Shown here: in pieces, positions 7,075 to 15,988 of the stretch
Layout: each line of letters opens with the position of its first letter
Position numbering within the stretch: position 1 is the stretch's first letter
Origin: Patescibacteria group bacterium
Lineage (GTDB): Bacteria; Patescibacteriota; Patescibacteriia; Patescibacteriales; UBA12465
Assembly: GCA_050943055.1 (NCBI GenBank)
Contig: JBMNOL010000003.1
Span: 3,982 to 67,981 of the forward strand
Direction of reading: 5' to 3'
Length of the DNA stretch: 64,000 bases
Position numbers and translations under genes: made by a program
The notes under the pieces: model-generated
The model's database searches: none
What the model was told of the DNA's origin: nothing
Seen by the model: only the letters and a program-made list of their open reading frames with translations

Positions 7075-9189
7075 ATGTGGCGCAAAGAGGACAGAAAACA
7101 GAAAAAAAAGCAGGAGTCTAAAGACAATAATCGCCTAAATTTAGTGGTTGCGATTATTTTTTTATTGGCCGCCTCTTTAATTGGCCGCCTTTTTTATTTA
7201 CAAGTTATTAAGCATGATAGTTATTTGGCTTTAGCCGCTAATCAGCATGAAGCTTCCGGAGAATTAGCGGCCGAGCGTGGAAAAATTTTAATTAGTGATT
7301 CTCTTAATCAGGCCGAGGGCACTTATGCTTTGGCGACTAACAAAGATTTTTATTTAATTTTTGGCATCCCCAAAGATGTTGGTGATCCGGCTTTAGCTGC
7401 CGAACATCTTTATGAATTTTTTGACGCGGCTACGGTTTTAGAAGAAGTGGAGACGGCTCTGGGCACGAGTACCTCAGTAATTGAAACCGAGAGTTTAGCC
7501 GATAAGATTCAGCGCTTAAATAATGATGATAGTTTGGATGCCGAAACGCGACGTTTAGAAATTGATGAGGCGATTCGTTATGAGTATCATCGTCAGGAAA
7601 CGGCCGAACGTTTAGGCGAAGCAGCGACGGCTAAAGAGCAATTAATAGCTACTAAAAAAGCGGCGATTATTGAAAAATACCAAACCAAGCTTAGTCGTCC
7701 GGGCGGGCAGTATACGGTTATTCGCAATAAAGTCGATAATGAAACTTTGCTTGATTTTTATGCCTTCATGAATAATCGCCAGGCCTCCTCAACCGCGTCT
7801 GCCACCGCGCTGGTTAAGGCTGAAGATTTAATGATTTCGGTCGGGGAGGTTATTAAGCGAGAAACCAAGGAGCCTTTAAAAATAAAAGGCTTTGGTTTTG
7901 AAACAAAAAAATTTCGTTATTATCCTGAAGACACTCTCGGCTCGCAAGTTCTTGGTTTTGTTAGTTATGCCGATAGCAATGCCTCCGGCCGTTACGGTTT
8001 AGAACAATATTTTAATAAAGAGTTATCAGGCACACCGGGGTATTACAAAGGGGAATATGGTAATAATAATTCGGTAATTGTTAATAATCGTGAATATGTG
8101 GCCCCTGTTCCGGGTGCCGACATCGTTTTAACTCTTGATCGCAGTGTCCAATTTTTTGCTTGTAAAGAGTTGGATAAGACGGTGAAAAAATTTAATGCCA
8201 AAGGGGGAACAGTTTTAGCCATGGATGTAAAAACTGGAGCCATCTTAGCGATGTGTTCCGTTCCGAATTTTAATCCCAATAATTATGGGGAAGTAAAAGA
8301 TTTATCAATTTTTAAGAATCCAGCAATTACTGATCAATATGAACCCGGCTCGGTTTTTAAAGCGGTGACAATGGCGATTGCTTTAGATCAAGGCAAAGTG
8401 ACGCCTAATACTATCTATCACGATACCGGGGAAATTTATATTAAGGGTTGGCCCAAGCCGATTCGCAATTCCGATTTTTCCACCAAAGGTGCTCACGGCG
8501 ATGTCGATATGAATTATGTTTTAGAAAACTCTTTAAATACCGGTGCTATTTATGCGATGCGCCAAGTGGGCCCCTCAGTCTTTGCTGATTATGTGGCCGC
8601 TTTCGGCTTTGGGTCGAGAACCGGTATTGAATTAAGCGGTGAGGCTTTCGGTGATATTAATAATTTGAAACAAAAAAAGATTAAAGATATTGATGCGGCC
8701 GTTGCCTCTTTTGGTCAAGGTTTATCAGTCACCCCTCTGCAAATGTTATCTTCTTATCAGGTTTTTGCTAACGATGGTTATCTGATGAAACCTTATATTG
8801 TTAAGGAGATTCGTCGTCCGGATGGCAAAGTAGAAGTTACCAGTCCGGTTCGTCAGCGCCAAGTAATTTCCGCGAAAACCGCGACCACTATTTTGGGCAT
8901 GCTCGGCAATGTGGTGGTTACAGGGCACTCTAAAAAAGCGGATATCCCCGGTTATTATATCGGCGGCAAAACCGGAACCGCGCAAATTGCGGTTAATGGT
9001 CAGTATGTAACCGGGCGCTATAATCACACTTTTGTCGGCATTGCGCCGATTGATGAACCTCGTTTTGTCTTATTAACCAGAATTGACAGCCCCGAAGGAG
9101 TACAGTACGCTGAAGGTTCGGCTTTACCGTTGTGGACGGATGTGGCCAAATTCATGCTTCAATATTATGAAGTCCCTAAAAGCAAATAA
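7075..9189 (+). CDS. ftsI: Class B penicillin-binding protein (FtsI/PBP2-type transpeptidase) with N-terminal insertions
   Basis: 704 aa. N-terminal TM. Transpeptidase motifs SVFK (SxxK), SLN (SxN) and KTGTA (KTG). dcw context. Confidence 0.85.
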   Translation: MWRKEDRKQKKKQESKDNNRLNLVVAIIFLLAASLIGRLFYLQVIKHDSYLALAANQHEASGELAAERGKILISDSLNQAEGTYALATNKDFYLIFGIPKDVGDPALAAEHLYEFFDAATVLEEVETALGTSTSVIETESLADKIQRLNNDDSLDAETRRLEIDEAIRYEYHRQETAERLGEAATAKEQLIATKKAAIIEKYQTKLSRPGGQYTVIRNKVDNETLLDFYAFMNNRQASSTASATALVKAEDLMISVGEVIKRETKEPLKIKGFGFETKKFRYYPEDTLGSQVLGFVSYADSNASGRYGLEQYFNKELSGTPGYYKGEYGNNNSVIVNNREYVAPVPGADIVLTLDRSVQFFACKELDKTVKKFNAKGGTVLAMDVKTGAILAMCSVPNFNPNNYGEVKDLSIFKNPAITDQYEPGSVFKAVTMAIALDQGKVTPNTIYHDTGEIYIKGWPKPIRNSDFSTKGAHGDVDMNYVLENSLNTGAIYAMRQVGPSVFADYVAAFGFGSRTGIELSGEAFGDINNLKQKKIKDIDAAVASFGQGLSVTPLQMLSSYQVFANDGYLMKPYIVKEIRRPDGKVEVTSPVRQRQVISAKTATTILGMLGNVVVTGHSKKADIPGYYIGGKTGTAQIAVNGQYVTGRYNHTFVGIAPIDEPRFVLLTRIDSPEGVQYAEGSALPLWTDVAKFMLQYYEVPKSK

Positions 9190-9203
9190 TAATAATTAAT
9201 TAT

Positions 9204-10490
9204 ATGCGGACGCTAGTGAAGAAAAGTTTAAAGTTTTTAGCCAAGCGGATTTTAGCGAAATATCGTCCTCAGGTGGTTGGGATTACTGGCAGTATCGGCA
9301 AAAGTAGCGCTAAAGAAGCGGTCTACCAGGTCTTGGCGACCGAGTTTAAGGTACGAGCGACTGCGAAAAATTATAATAATGAGTTGGGTGTCCCTCTAAC
9401 AATTATTGGTCGGGAGTCAGGCGGACGTTCCGCTAAGGAATGGTTGGGAATCTTTTTCTATGCCTTAGGCTTGCTATTAAGACGGCGGTCGGATTACCCG
9501 GAAATTTTAATTTTAGAATTAGGAGTGGATCGCCCCGGTGATATGGCTTATCTCTGTTCTATTGTTAGTCCGGAGGTGGGTCTAGTAACCGCCGTTTCTT
9601 ACGCGCACCTGGAGTTTTTTGGCACTATTAATAACATTAAAAAAGAGAAGCAGGTTTTGATTGAGCGGGTTAATAATAAAGGTTTATCAATTCTGAACTA
9701 CGATAATGAACTGACTAGAGAAATGATGTCCGCTAGCCGGGCACGCGTGCTTACTTATGGTTTAAACGAGAAGGCTGATTTACGCGCTCAAGATATTGTT
9801 TATAATTTTGAAAAAGGTAATTATGATTTGTCTGGGATCCATTTTAAATTAAGTTATGACGGAGCGATTGTGCCGGTGTTTATGAAAAATGTTTTATCGG
9901 AGCCCGCGCTTTATGCGGCTCTGGCAGGGGCGGCCGTCGGCTTACATTTTAAACTTAATTTAGTTAATATCGCCGCTGCTTTAAATGATTTTAATTTACC
10001 GCCCGGGCGCATGAATCTACTGGCGGGCCTTAATCATAGCTTTGTCATTGATGATACTTATAATGCCTCTCCGGATGCGGCGGTGGCCGCTTTAGATATT
10101 TTAGGACGTTTACAGGTGGCGCCGACTAGTAAAAAATATGCGATCTTAGGCGACATGCGTGAAATTGGCGACTTCACTGAAGATGGTCATCGCTTAGTTG
10201 GTAAAAAAGCGGCTGCCGTTGGTCTCCATCAATTACTAGTGGTAGGTGATTGTACTCAGTTTATTCAAGAAGGTGCTTTAGAGGCCGGCTTGGCCGCCGA
10301 AAAAATTAAGCACTTTGCTAACAATCAGGAGTTAATAGATTTTATTAGCCCTCTAATTACTTTTGGCGATGTTATTTTAGTTAAAGGTTCACAGGCGATG
10401 CGTCTCGAGGAAATCGTCAAAGCTATTATGGCCGAACCCGAGCGGGCCGGCGAATTATTAGTGCGCCAAGGACCAGAGTGGCGTCAATAA
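9204..10490 (+). CDS. murF: UDP-N-acetylmuramoyl-tripeptide--D-alanyl-D-alanine ligase
   Basis: 428 aa. GITGSIGKSS P-loop and DDTYNASPDAAVAALDIL typical of MurF. Follows the PBP gene. Confidence 0.85.
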   Translation: MRTLVKKSLKFLAKRILAKYRPQVVGITGSIGKSSAKEAVYQVLATEFKVRATAKNYNNELGVPLTIIGRESGGRSAKEWLGIFFYALGLLLRRRSDYPEILILELGVDRPGDMAYLCSIVSPEVGLVTAVSYAHLEFFGTINNIKKEKQVLIERVNNKGLSILNYDNELTREMMSASRARVLTYGLNEKADLRAQDIVYNFEKGNYDLSGIHFKLSYDGAIVPVFMKNVLSEPALYAALAGAAVGLHFKLNLVNIAAALNDFNLPPGRMNLLAGLNHSFVIDDTYNASPDAAVAALDILGRLQVAPTSKKYAILGDMREIGDFTEDGHRLVGKKAAAVGLHQLLVVGDCTQFIQEGALEAGLAAEKIKHFANNQELIDFISPLITFGDVILVKGSQAMRLEEIVKAIMAEPERAGELLVRQGPEWRQ

Positions 10491-10510
10491 ATTTTTAATT
10501 ACTTTCTTTT

Positions 10511-10536
10511 AAAAACCGTCACTAAAGGCGGTTTTT
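10511..10536 (+). terminator. Rho-independent terminator after murF
   Basis: AAAAACCGTC-ACTAAA-GGCGGTTTTT hairpin with an A-run and a T-run. Confidence 0.6.
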
Positions 10537-10549
10537 AAAGGTTTTTAGC

Positions 10550-10578
10550 TTGCTTATTGAAAAAGTCTGACTTATAAT
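10550..10578 (+). promoter_or_regulatory. Candidate sigma-70 promoter for rfbD-rfbA-GT2
   Basis: TTGCTT (10550-10555), 17-nt spacer, TATAAT (10573-10578). Confidence 0.5.
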
Positions 10579-10606
10579 AAATCCAGTTGATTGTTAATAA
10601 TTATTT

Positions 10607-11464
10607 ATGAAAATTTTGATTATCGGAAGTCGGGGCGCGCTTGGACAGCAGTTAAGTAGGGCTTTGTCTGAGGGGCACGAATTGGTGGGTTGGGACTTTC
10701 CGGAAGTAAGCTTGACTGATCTAAAATCTTTATCAAAAAAATTAGAAATTTTAAAACCCAATTTAATTATAAACGCGGCGGCGTATAATGCAGTTGATAA
10801 ATGTGAAGAGGATGAAGCAGAGAAAGAATTAGCTTTTATCTTAAATGAATCTTTACCTAAAACTTTAGCGACTTTTTGCGCGACCAATAAGCTTCCTTTA
10901 ATTCACTATTCAACAGATTATGTTTTTAGTGGCGCCGGTGAGCAAGAATTAAATGAGACCGCTCAACCGGCGCCAATTAATGTTTATGGGGCCAGTAAGG
11001 CGGCGGGGGAGCAAGCGGTTATTAGTACTCCCGGCCTAGATTATTATTTAATCCGAACTTCCAAATTGTTCGGGCCTAAAAGTGATAGCCCTTTTGCTAA
11101 AAATTCTTTTTTTGCGACCATGAAAAAATTGGCCGCTGAAAAAACCGTTTTAGAAGTGGTTGATGATGAGCGGAGTTGCTTTACTTATACACCTGATTTA
11201 GCGGCCGCCACGGTCACCCTCCTGGCCGAAAAATATCCAGTCGGTATTTATCACTTGATCAATCCTCCGGCTGTGACCTGGTATGAAGGAGTTTTGGCGT
11301 TAAAAGAACTAGCGTCTTTAACGGTAGAAGTTTTGCCAGTCGCCGGGGCAAACTTAGAGCGTCCTGCGAAACGGCCGCCGGACTCCACTTTGATTAATAC
11401 AAAATTTCCGCCCCTGCGAGATTATCGGGAGGCCTTAAAAGAGTATTTAAATAATTTTCTATGA
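10607..11464 (+). CDS. rfbD: dTDP-4-dehydrorhamnose reductase
   Basis: 285 aa. N-terminal Rossmann motif MKILIIGSRGALG, and the STDYVFSG and YGASKAAGE (YxxxK) motifs of RmlD. Confidence 0.8.
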   Translation: MKILIIGSRGALGQQLSRALSEGHELVGWDFPEVSLTDLKSLSKKLEILKPNLIINAAAYNAVDKCEEDEAEKELAFILNESLPKTLATFCATNKLPLIHYSTDYVFSGAGEQELNETAQPAPINVYGASKAAGEQAVISTPGLDYYLIRTSKLFGPKSDSPFAKNSFFATMKKLAAEKTVLEVVDDERSCFTYTPDLAAATVTLLAEKYPVGIYHLINPPAVTWYEGVLALKELASLTVEVLPVAGANLERPAKRPPDSTLINTKFPPLRDYREALKEYLNNFL

Positions 11465-12186
11465 AAGGAATAATCTTGTCTGGCGGTAACGGCACTCGTC
11501 TCCGCCCCTTAACAAAAATAACGAGTAAGCAATTATTACCGATTTATGATCGGCCAATGATTTATTACCCTCTGAATACTTTAATTAAAGCCGGGATTAA
11601 AGAAATTTTAATTATTGTTGCTCCCGAGCGGGCCGGCGATTATTTAAATCTTTTAGGTAGCGGCCAGCAATGGGGAGTGAAACTGACTTATGAAATTCAG
11701 GATGAGCCTCAAGGTTTAGCGCAAGCCTTTTTAATTGGCGAGAATTTTATTGACGATGATAATGTCGCGCTTATTTTAGGCGATAATATTTTTGAAGATG
11801 ATTTGGCGACCGAAATAAAAAATTTCTCCGGCGGCGCCAAAATATTTGCCAAGTCCGTTCCTGATCCAGAACGCTTTGGCGTAGTTAAATTTAATGATCG
11901 TCAGGAAGCGGAAAAACTTGTGGAAAAACCAAAAGAATTTTTAAGCTCTTATGCGGTCACCGGTTTATATGTTTGCGATTCGCGCGCGGTCGAATTTGCT
12001 AAAGAAATAAAGCCGAGCGACCGTGGAGAATTAGAGATTGTTGATGTCTTGAATAAATATTTAGAAAAAAATGAATTAACAGTGGCGTTGGTTAGCGGCG
12101 AATGGTTGGACGCCGGCACTTTTGATAGTCTACTCAAAGCCCAAATTTTGGCTAAAGACCATTTAACAAAAAACATGATTATCTAA
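11461..12186 (+). CDS. rfbA: Glucose-1-phosphate thymidylyltransferase (short form)
   Basis: 241 aa. The GGNGTRLRPLT nucleotidyltransferase signature and QDEPQGLAQAF. ATGA start/stop overlap with rfbD. Confidence 0.8.
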   Translation: MKGIILSGGNGTRLRPLTKITSKQLLPIYDRPMIYYPLNTLIKAGIKEILIIVAPERAGDYLNLLGSGQQWGVKLTYEIQDEPQGLAQAFLIGENFIDDDNVALILGDNIFEDDLATEIKNFSGGAKIFAKSVPDPERFGVVKFNDRQEAEKLVEKPKEFLSSYAVTGLYVCDSRAVEFAKEIKPSDRGELEIVDVLNKYLEKNELTVALVSGEWLDAGTFDSLLKAQILAKDHLTKNMII

Positions 12187-12188
12187 TT

Positions 12189-13160
12189 ATGAAACTAGCG
12201 GTTGGGTTTATCACTTTTAATAGCGGGACGGCCATTTATTTACCCTATTTTTTAGATAGCTTGTTTAAGGCGTTAGCTACTTGGCCCGCAGAAAAATTAA
12301 AGATTTTGGCAATTGATAATAGTGACGAGGAAGATAATCACAACCAAGATTATGTGGTCGAGTTTATTAACCGCACTCAAGTGCTAGTTGATTTTGAGTG
12401 GTCGGGAGGAAATCTCGGTTTTTCTAAAAGTTATAATTGGATGATTAGTAAGGCTGCCGATTGGGGTGCCGATTATTTTTTAATGATTAATCCCGACACA
12501 GTGATTGATCCGCAAGCCATTAATTTATTAGTGGCTGCTTTAGAGGCTAATCAGGGTTGGGGGTCAGTCGCCCCGAAGATTAAGCGCTGGGACTTTGAAA
12601 AATTACAACTTACTAATTATCTTGACAGCTGTGGTTTGAAAATGGCGACCGGTTTACATTTTTTTGATTTAGGCCAAGGCGAGTTAGATGAAAAACAATA
12701 CGATCAAGCCGAAATTTTGGGCCCCTCGGGGGCGGCGGCCTTATTTAGACTGACGGCGTTAACCGCCGTCAGAGAAGCGACCGGTTATTTGGATGAGCGT
12801 TTTTTTATGTATAAAGAAGATTGTGATTTGGCTTATCGTTTAAATAAAGCCGGTTACCCCTGTCATCTTGTGCCGGAAGCCCTTGTTTATCATGACCGGA
12901 CAGTAGCGACTCCCGGCCGAGGTTTTAAAAAAAGACTGGCTTCGCGTCGCGCGCGCAGCCGGAAGGTGCGCTCCTGGTCTTTTATAAATCAGCATTTATT
13001 ATTTTTTAAACATTGGTCAGATCAGGGGCCAAAAGACAAACTAATTATCATTTCTAAGGTCTTAAAAATGGCGCTTTGGGTTCTCATTTTAGAGCCTTTT
13101 TTGCTTAAAGATTACAAGAAAATTAATGAGTTACGCCGGGTGCCGACTAGCTTCCGCTAA
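12189..13160 (+). CDS. Family 2 glycosyltransferase (rhamnosyltransferase-like)
   Basis: 323 aa. N-terminal GT-A fold (VGFITFNS, AIDNSD, INPDT). The YKEDCDLAYRL segment is typical of this GT2 subgroup. Confidence 0.7.
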   Translation: MKLAVGFITFNSGTAIYLPYFLDSLFKALATWPAEKLKILAIDNSDEEDNHNQDYVVEFINRTQVLVDFEWSGGNLGFSKSYNWMISKAADWGADYFLMINPDTVIDPQAINLLVAALEANQGWGSVAPKIKRWDFEKLQLTNYLDSCGLKMATGLHFFDLGQGELDEKQYDQAEILGPSGAAALFRLTALTAVREATGYLDERFFMYKEDCDLAYRLNKAGYPCHLVPEALVYHDRTVATPGRGFKKRLASRRARSRKVRSWSFINQHLLFFKHWSDQGPKDKLIIISKVLKMALWVLILEPFLLKDYKKINELRRVPTSFR

Positions 13161-13215
13161 GCACTTGACTAATGTAATATAATATGCTAAATTGGGGTTG
13201 ATATTTATTGAATTA

Positions 13216-13236
13216 AAGTCTTAAAAAGACTTTTTT
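13216..13236 (+). terminator. Weak AT-rich terminator hairpin after the GT2 gene
   Basis: AAGTCTT-AAA-AAGACTT followed by TTTT. The 7-bp stem is mostly A/T. Confidence 0.4.
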
Positions 13237-13313
13237 AAAAGACGTTTTTTTAGACCATTTTTGGTCTTAGAGGACGGACCGATAGCTGTAATTAAGGAAT
13301 AATTTTTTTTAGT

Positions 13314-14366
13314 ATGGAAAATATTCTCGAAAAAATCGTTAAAGAGCAAAAACAAGAAGAACTGGAAAAACTGAATGCGATTAAAATCGTTGACAGTTTG
13401 TTTGGCGAATTACCGGAGCGAGAATCTGATGTTTTGTCACGGCGCTATGGTTTGCGTGGTGGCCGCGGTGAAACTTTGGAAAAAATTGGACAATCACACC
13501 ATCTAACCCGCGAGCGGGTTAGACAAATTGAATCAGCGAGCGTGAAAAAAATTAAAAAACTAGAAAAGCTTGATTCTTGTTTAGGCTCGTTTAAAGAGGC
13601 GGTTTCAGAATTAATTAAACGTCACGGCGGCCTACTTAATCGCGAGTATTTACTAGATATTCTAACGGTTTATGCTTTAGAGTTAGGCAGCGAAAATCGT
13701 CAGGAACTTGATCCCGAGACTAAAGAAATTTATCGCAACCATGCGGACTTTTTGATTTCTAAACTTTTGGAAGATGAGATTGAAATTGTTAAAAAATCCG
13801 ATCGCTTTGTCGTCTCTTATAAATTGAAATCTGCAGAAACCAGGACTTTGGAAGAATTGGCTGATGATTTATTAAGTAAAGTTTCTCATTTAAGCGAGAC
13901 GATGACGACGGCTGATTTATTAGAATTAATTAAGAGTCTAGACGCCTATAATCGTTATCAAGAAGAAATTCGTCGAGAAGAAGATTTGGATGTGACACCC
14001 ATCTTTAAAAGTAAGATTTTCCCTGATAAGGGCGAGTTGATTAATTCCAATAAAGTTTTGTATGGCTTGCTGCGGGCGGTTCGCGGCGTGGCCCGGAATA
14101 ATTTCGGCTATTGGGGACCAACATCTTCACATGAAATCCGACCAAAGACGGTGAATGATAAAATTTATTTAATTTTAAAAAATGCCGGTCACCCCTTACA
14201 CTTTACCGAAATTGCTCAAAAAATTAACGAAGTGAAGTTTGATAAAAAAACCGCTAACCCGGCGACCGTCCACAATGAATTAATTTTAGACAGTCGTTAC
14301 GTTTTAACTGGTCGGGGCCGATATGGTTTAAAGGAGTGGCAAGAAGTTCCTGTTGAGAAAAGATAA
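13314..14366 (+). CDS. Sigma-70 region-4-like HTH protein with C-terminal HARE-HTH domain
   Basis: 350 aa. Residues about 30-83 (LPERESDVLSRRYGL...TLEKIGQSHHLTRERVRQIESASVKKIKKL) look like sigma-70 region 4. The last roughly 70 aa (HFTEIAQKI...LILDSRYVLTGRGRYGLKEW) match the HARE-HTH pattern of RNAP delta. No region 2 is visible. Confidence 0.7.
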   Translation: MENILEKIVKEQKQEELEKLNAIKIVDSLFGELPERESDVLSRRYGLRGGRGETLEKIGQSHHLTRERVRQIESASVKKIKKLEKLDSCLGSFKEAVSELIKRHGGLLNREYLLDILTVYALELGSENRQELDPETKEIYRNHADFLISKLLEDEIEIVKKSDRFVVSYKLKSAETRTLEELADDLLSKVSHLSETMTTADLLELIKSLDAYNRYQEEIRREEDLDVTPIFKSKIFPDKGELINSNKVLYGLLRAVRGVARNNFGYWGPTSSHEIRPKTVNDKIYLILKNAGHPLHFTEIAQKINEVKFDKKTANPATVHNELILDSRYVLTGRGRYGLKEWQEVPVEKR

Positions 14367-14394
14367 AACAAAATTTAGCTTAAAAATAAAAGTG

Positions 14395-14418
14395 AAAACG
14401 CCTTTAGGAGGCGTTTTT
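14395..14418 (+). terminator. Rho-independent terminator
   Basis: AAAACGCC-TTTAGGA-GGCGTTTTT hairpin with a T-run, 29 nt after the stop. Confidence 0.6.
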
Positions 14419-14448
14419 ATTTTTGGGGAGATATGGTAAAATAGGGCT

Positions 14449-15984
14449 ATGAATATCGAGCTTGATACCTCACGTTTAGATTATTTTTTTGCGGCCGATT
14501 TTGGTGAAATGATGTGGCTTTTTTTTGCCAACGTTGGTTGGATTGTTTTAGCAATCTTTTTTCTTTTCGGGGTTCGGGAAATTTATCTTTTTTACATTCA
14601 AACTAAATTTGCTAAAGGTTTGAAGTATGTCTTATTGGCTATTGATGTCCCTCGGGGTAATACCCAGTCGCCAAAGGCCGTGGAAAATCTTTTTACTTAT
14701 TTAGGTGGTGCTCATGGATCGGTAAGTTTTTACGAGAAATGGTTTGAGGGGCGCTTCCAACAAGCGTTTAGTTTTGAAATTGTCGGTATTGATGGCTACA
14801 CTCAATTTGTTATTCGCACTCCAGTCGAGCAACGTTTTCTTTTGGAATCGGCAATTTATTCACAATATCCCGATGCGGAAATAAGTGAGATTGATGATTA
14901 TACTTCAAATGTTCCCAATCGTTTTCCTGATGATGAGTGGGACCTTTGGGGTGGCGAATTTATTTTAAGTGCTCCTGACGCTTATCCGATTAAACTCTAC
15001 TCGGAGTTTGAGTCCATGCAAGGTGAGCCGGAAGAGCGGTTTAAAGATCCGATGGCCACCTTAATGGATTTAACTAGCTCCTTAAATAAGGGAGAGCAAC
15101 TGTGGTTACAATTTATTGTAATTCCTATGGATTTTGCTTGGGTAAAGCGTTCGGATGCGGAGGTTGATAAAATTTTAGGGAAGACACCAAAGACTAAACA
15201 AGGTCTATTTATTAGTTTTTTGGTTTGGCTAGGTGAGCTCAGTGAGCACGTTTTTGCTATTTGGAAGGATATCAAACCGAAAGAGGAAAAAAAGGCGCTT
15301 TCCATGATGGAATTAACGCCCAAGAAAATAAAACAAATTGAAGGTATTCAGAATAAAGCTTCAAAGCTCGGGTTTGGCTTTAAAATGCGGGCGATTTGTA
15401 TTGGCCGTAAAGGTGTTTTTAATAAGGGGAAAATGGTTTCCGGTCTAGTTGGCTGGGTGAAGCAATTTACCGCTTTGGATTTAAATGGTTTTAAACCGGA
15501 TATGAAAGTAACGGCGACTAAAACGGCTTATTTTAGAAAAGATGCGCGTCTGGTAACCAAGAAGAATATTATCATGCAAAATTATGTTAACCGTTCTTTA
15601 GCTGGTCGTCCACCGTCAATTTTAAATATTGAAGAGTTGGCGACACTTTGGCATTTTCCTTTAGACGCAGTGGTTAAGGCGCCGCTCATTCAAAAGGCTC
15701 CAGGGCGAAAATCCGATGCTCCGGCCGAACTGCCAATCGCTGATGATATCTCTAACACCCAAGCGCCGCCGCCCGATATTTTTAGTGGCTTAACCAGGAA
15801 GGAAGAGAAGCCGACTCCGAAAAAAACAGTTATTGAAGATAGTTCTCCGGTGGTTGAAGATGATCGTTTTTGGTTGGAACCTAGCGGTTCGGTGAAAAAT
15901 AATTTTTATCAGCCGGCTCCAAAAACAGCGGCTGGAAAATTGAGCGATACAGCTGAACCACCGGCCGATTTACCTTTTGTTTAA
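14449..15984 (+). CDS. Conserved-looking membrane protein of unknown function (TM + globular module ending in EELATLWHFP + Pro-rich tail)
   Basis: 511 aa. TM helix at about aa 21-48, then LLAIDVPRGNTQSPKAVENLF, SFEIVG..FVIRTP and YSQYPDAEI. No Walker A is seen. The C-terminal roughly 100 aa are Pro/Asp/Lys-rich. Confidence 0.6.
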   Translation: MNIELDTSRLDYFFAADFGEMMWLFFANVGWIVLAIFFLFGVREIYLFYIQTKFAKGLKYVLLAIDVPRGNTQSPKAVENLFTYLGGAHGSVSFYEKWFEGRFQQAFSFEIVGIDGYTQFVIRTPVEQRFLLESAIYSQYPDAEISEIDDYTSNVPNRFPDDEWDLWGGEFILSAPDAYPIKLYSEFESMQGEPEERFKDPMATLMDLTSSLNKGEQLWLQFIVIPMDFAWVKRSDAEVDKILGKTPKTKQGLFISFLVWLGELSEHVFAIWKDIKPKEEKKALSMMELTPKKIKQIEGIQNKASKLGFGFKMRAICIGRKGVFNKGKMVSGLVGWVKQFTALDLNGFKPDMKVTATKTAYFRKDARLVTKKNIIMQNYVNRSLAGRPPSILNIEELATLWHFPLDAVVKAPLIQKAPGRKSDAPAELPIADDISNTQAPPPDIFSGLTRKEEKPTPKKTVIEDSSPVVEDDRFWLEPSGSVKNNFYQPAPKTAAGKLSDTAEPPADLPFV

Positions 15985-15988
15985 AAGT

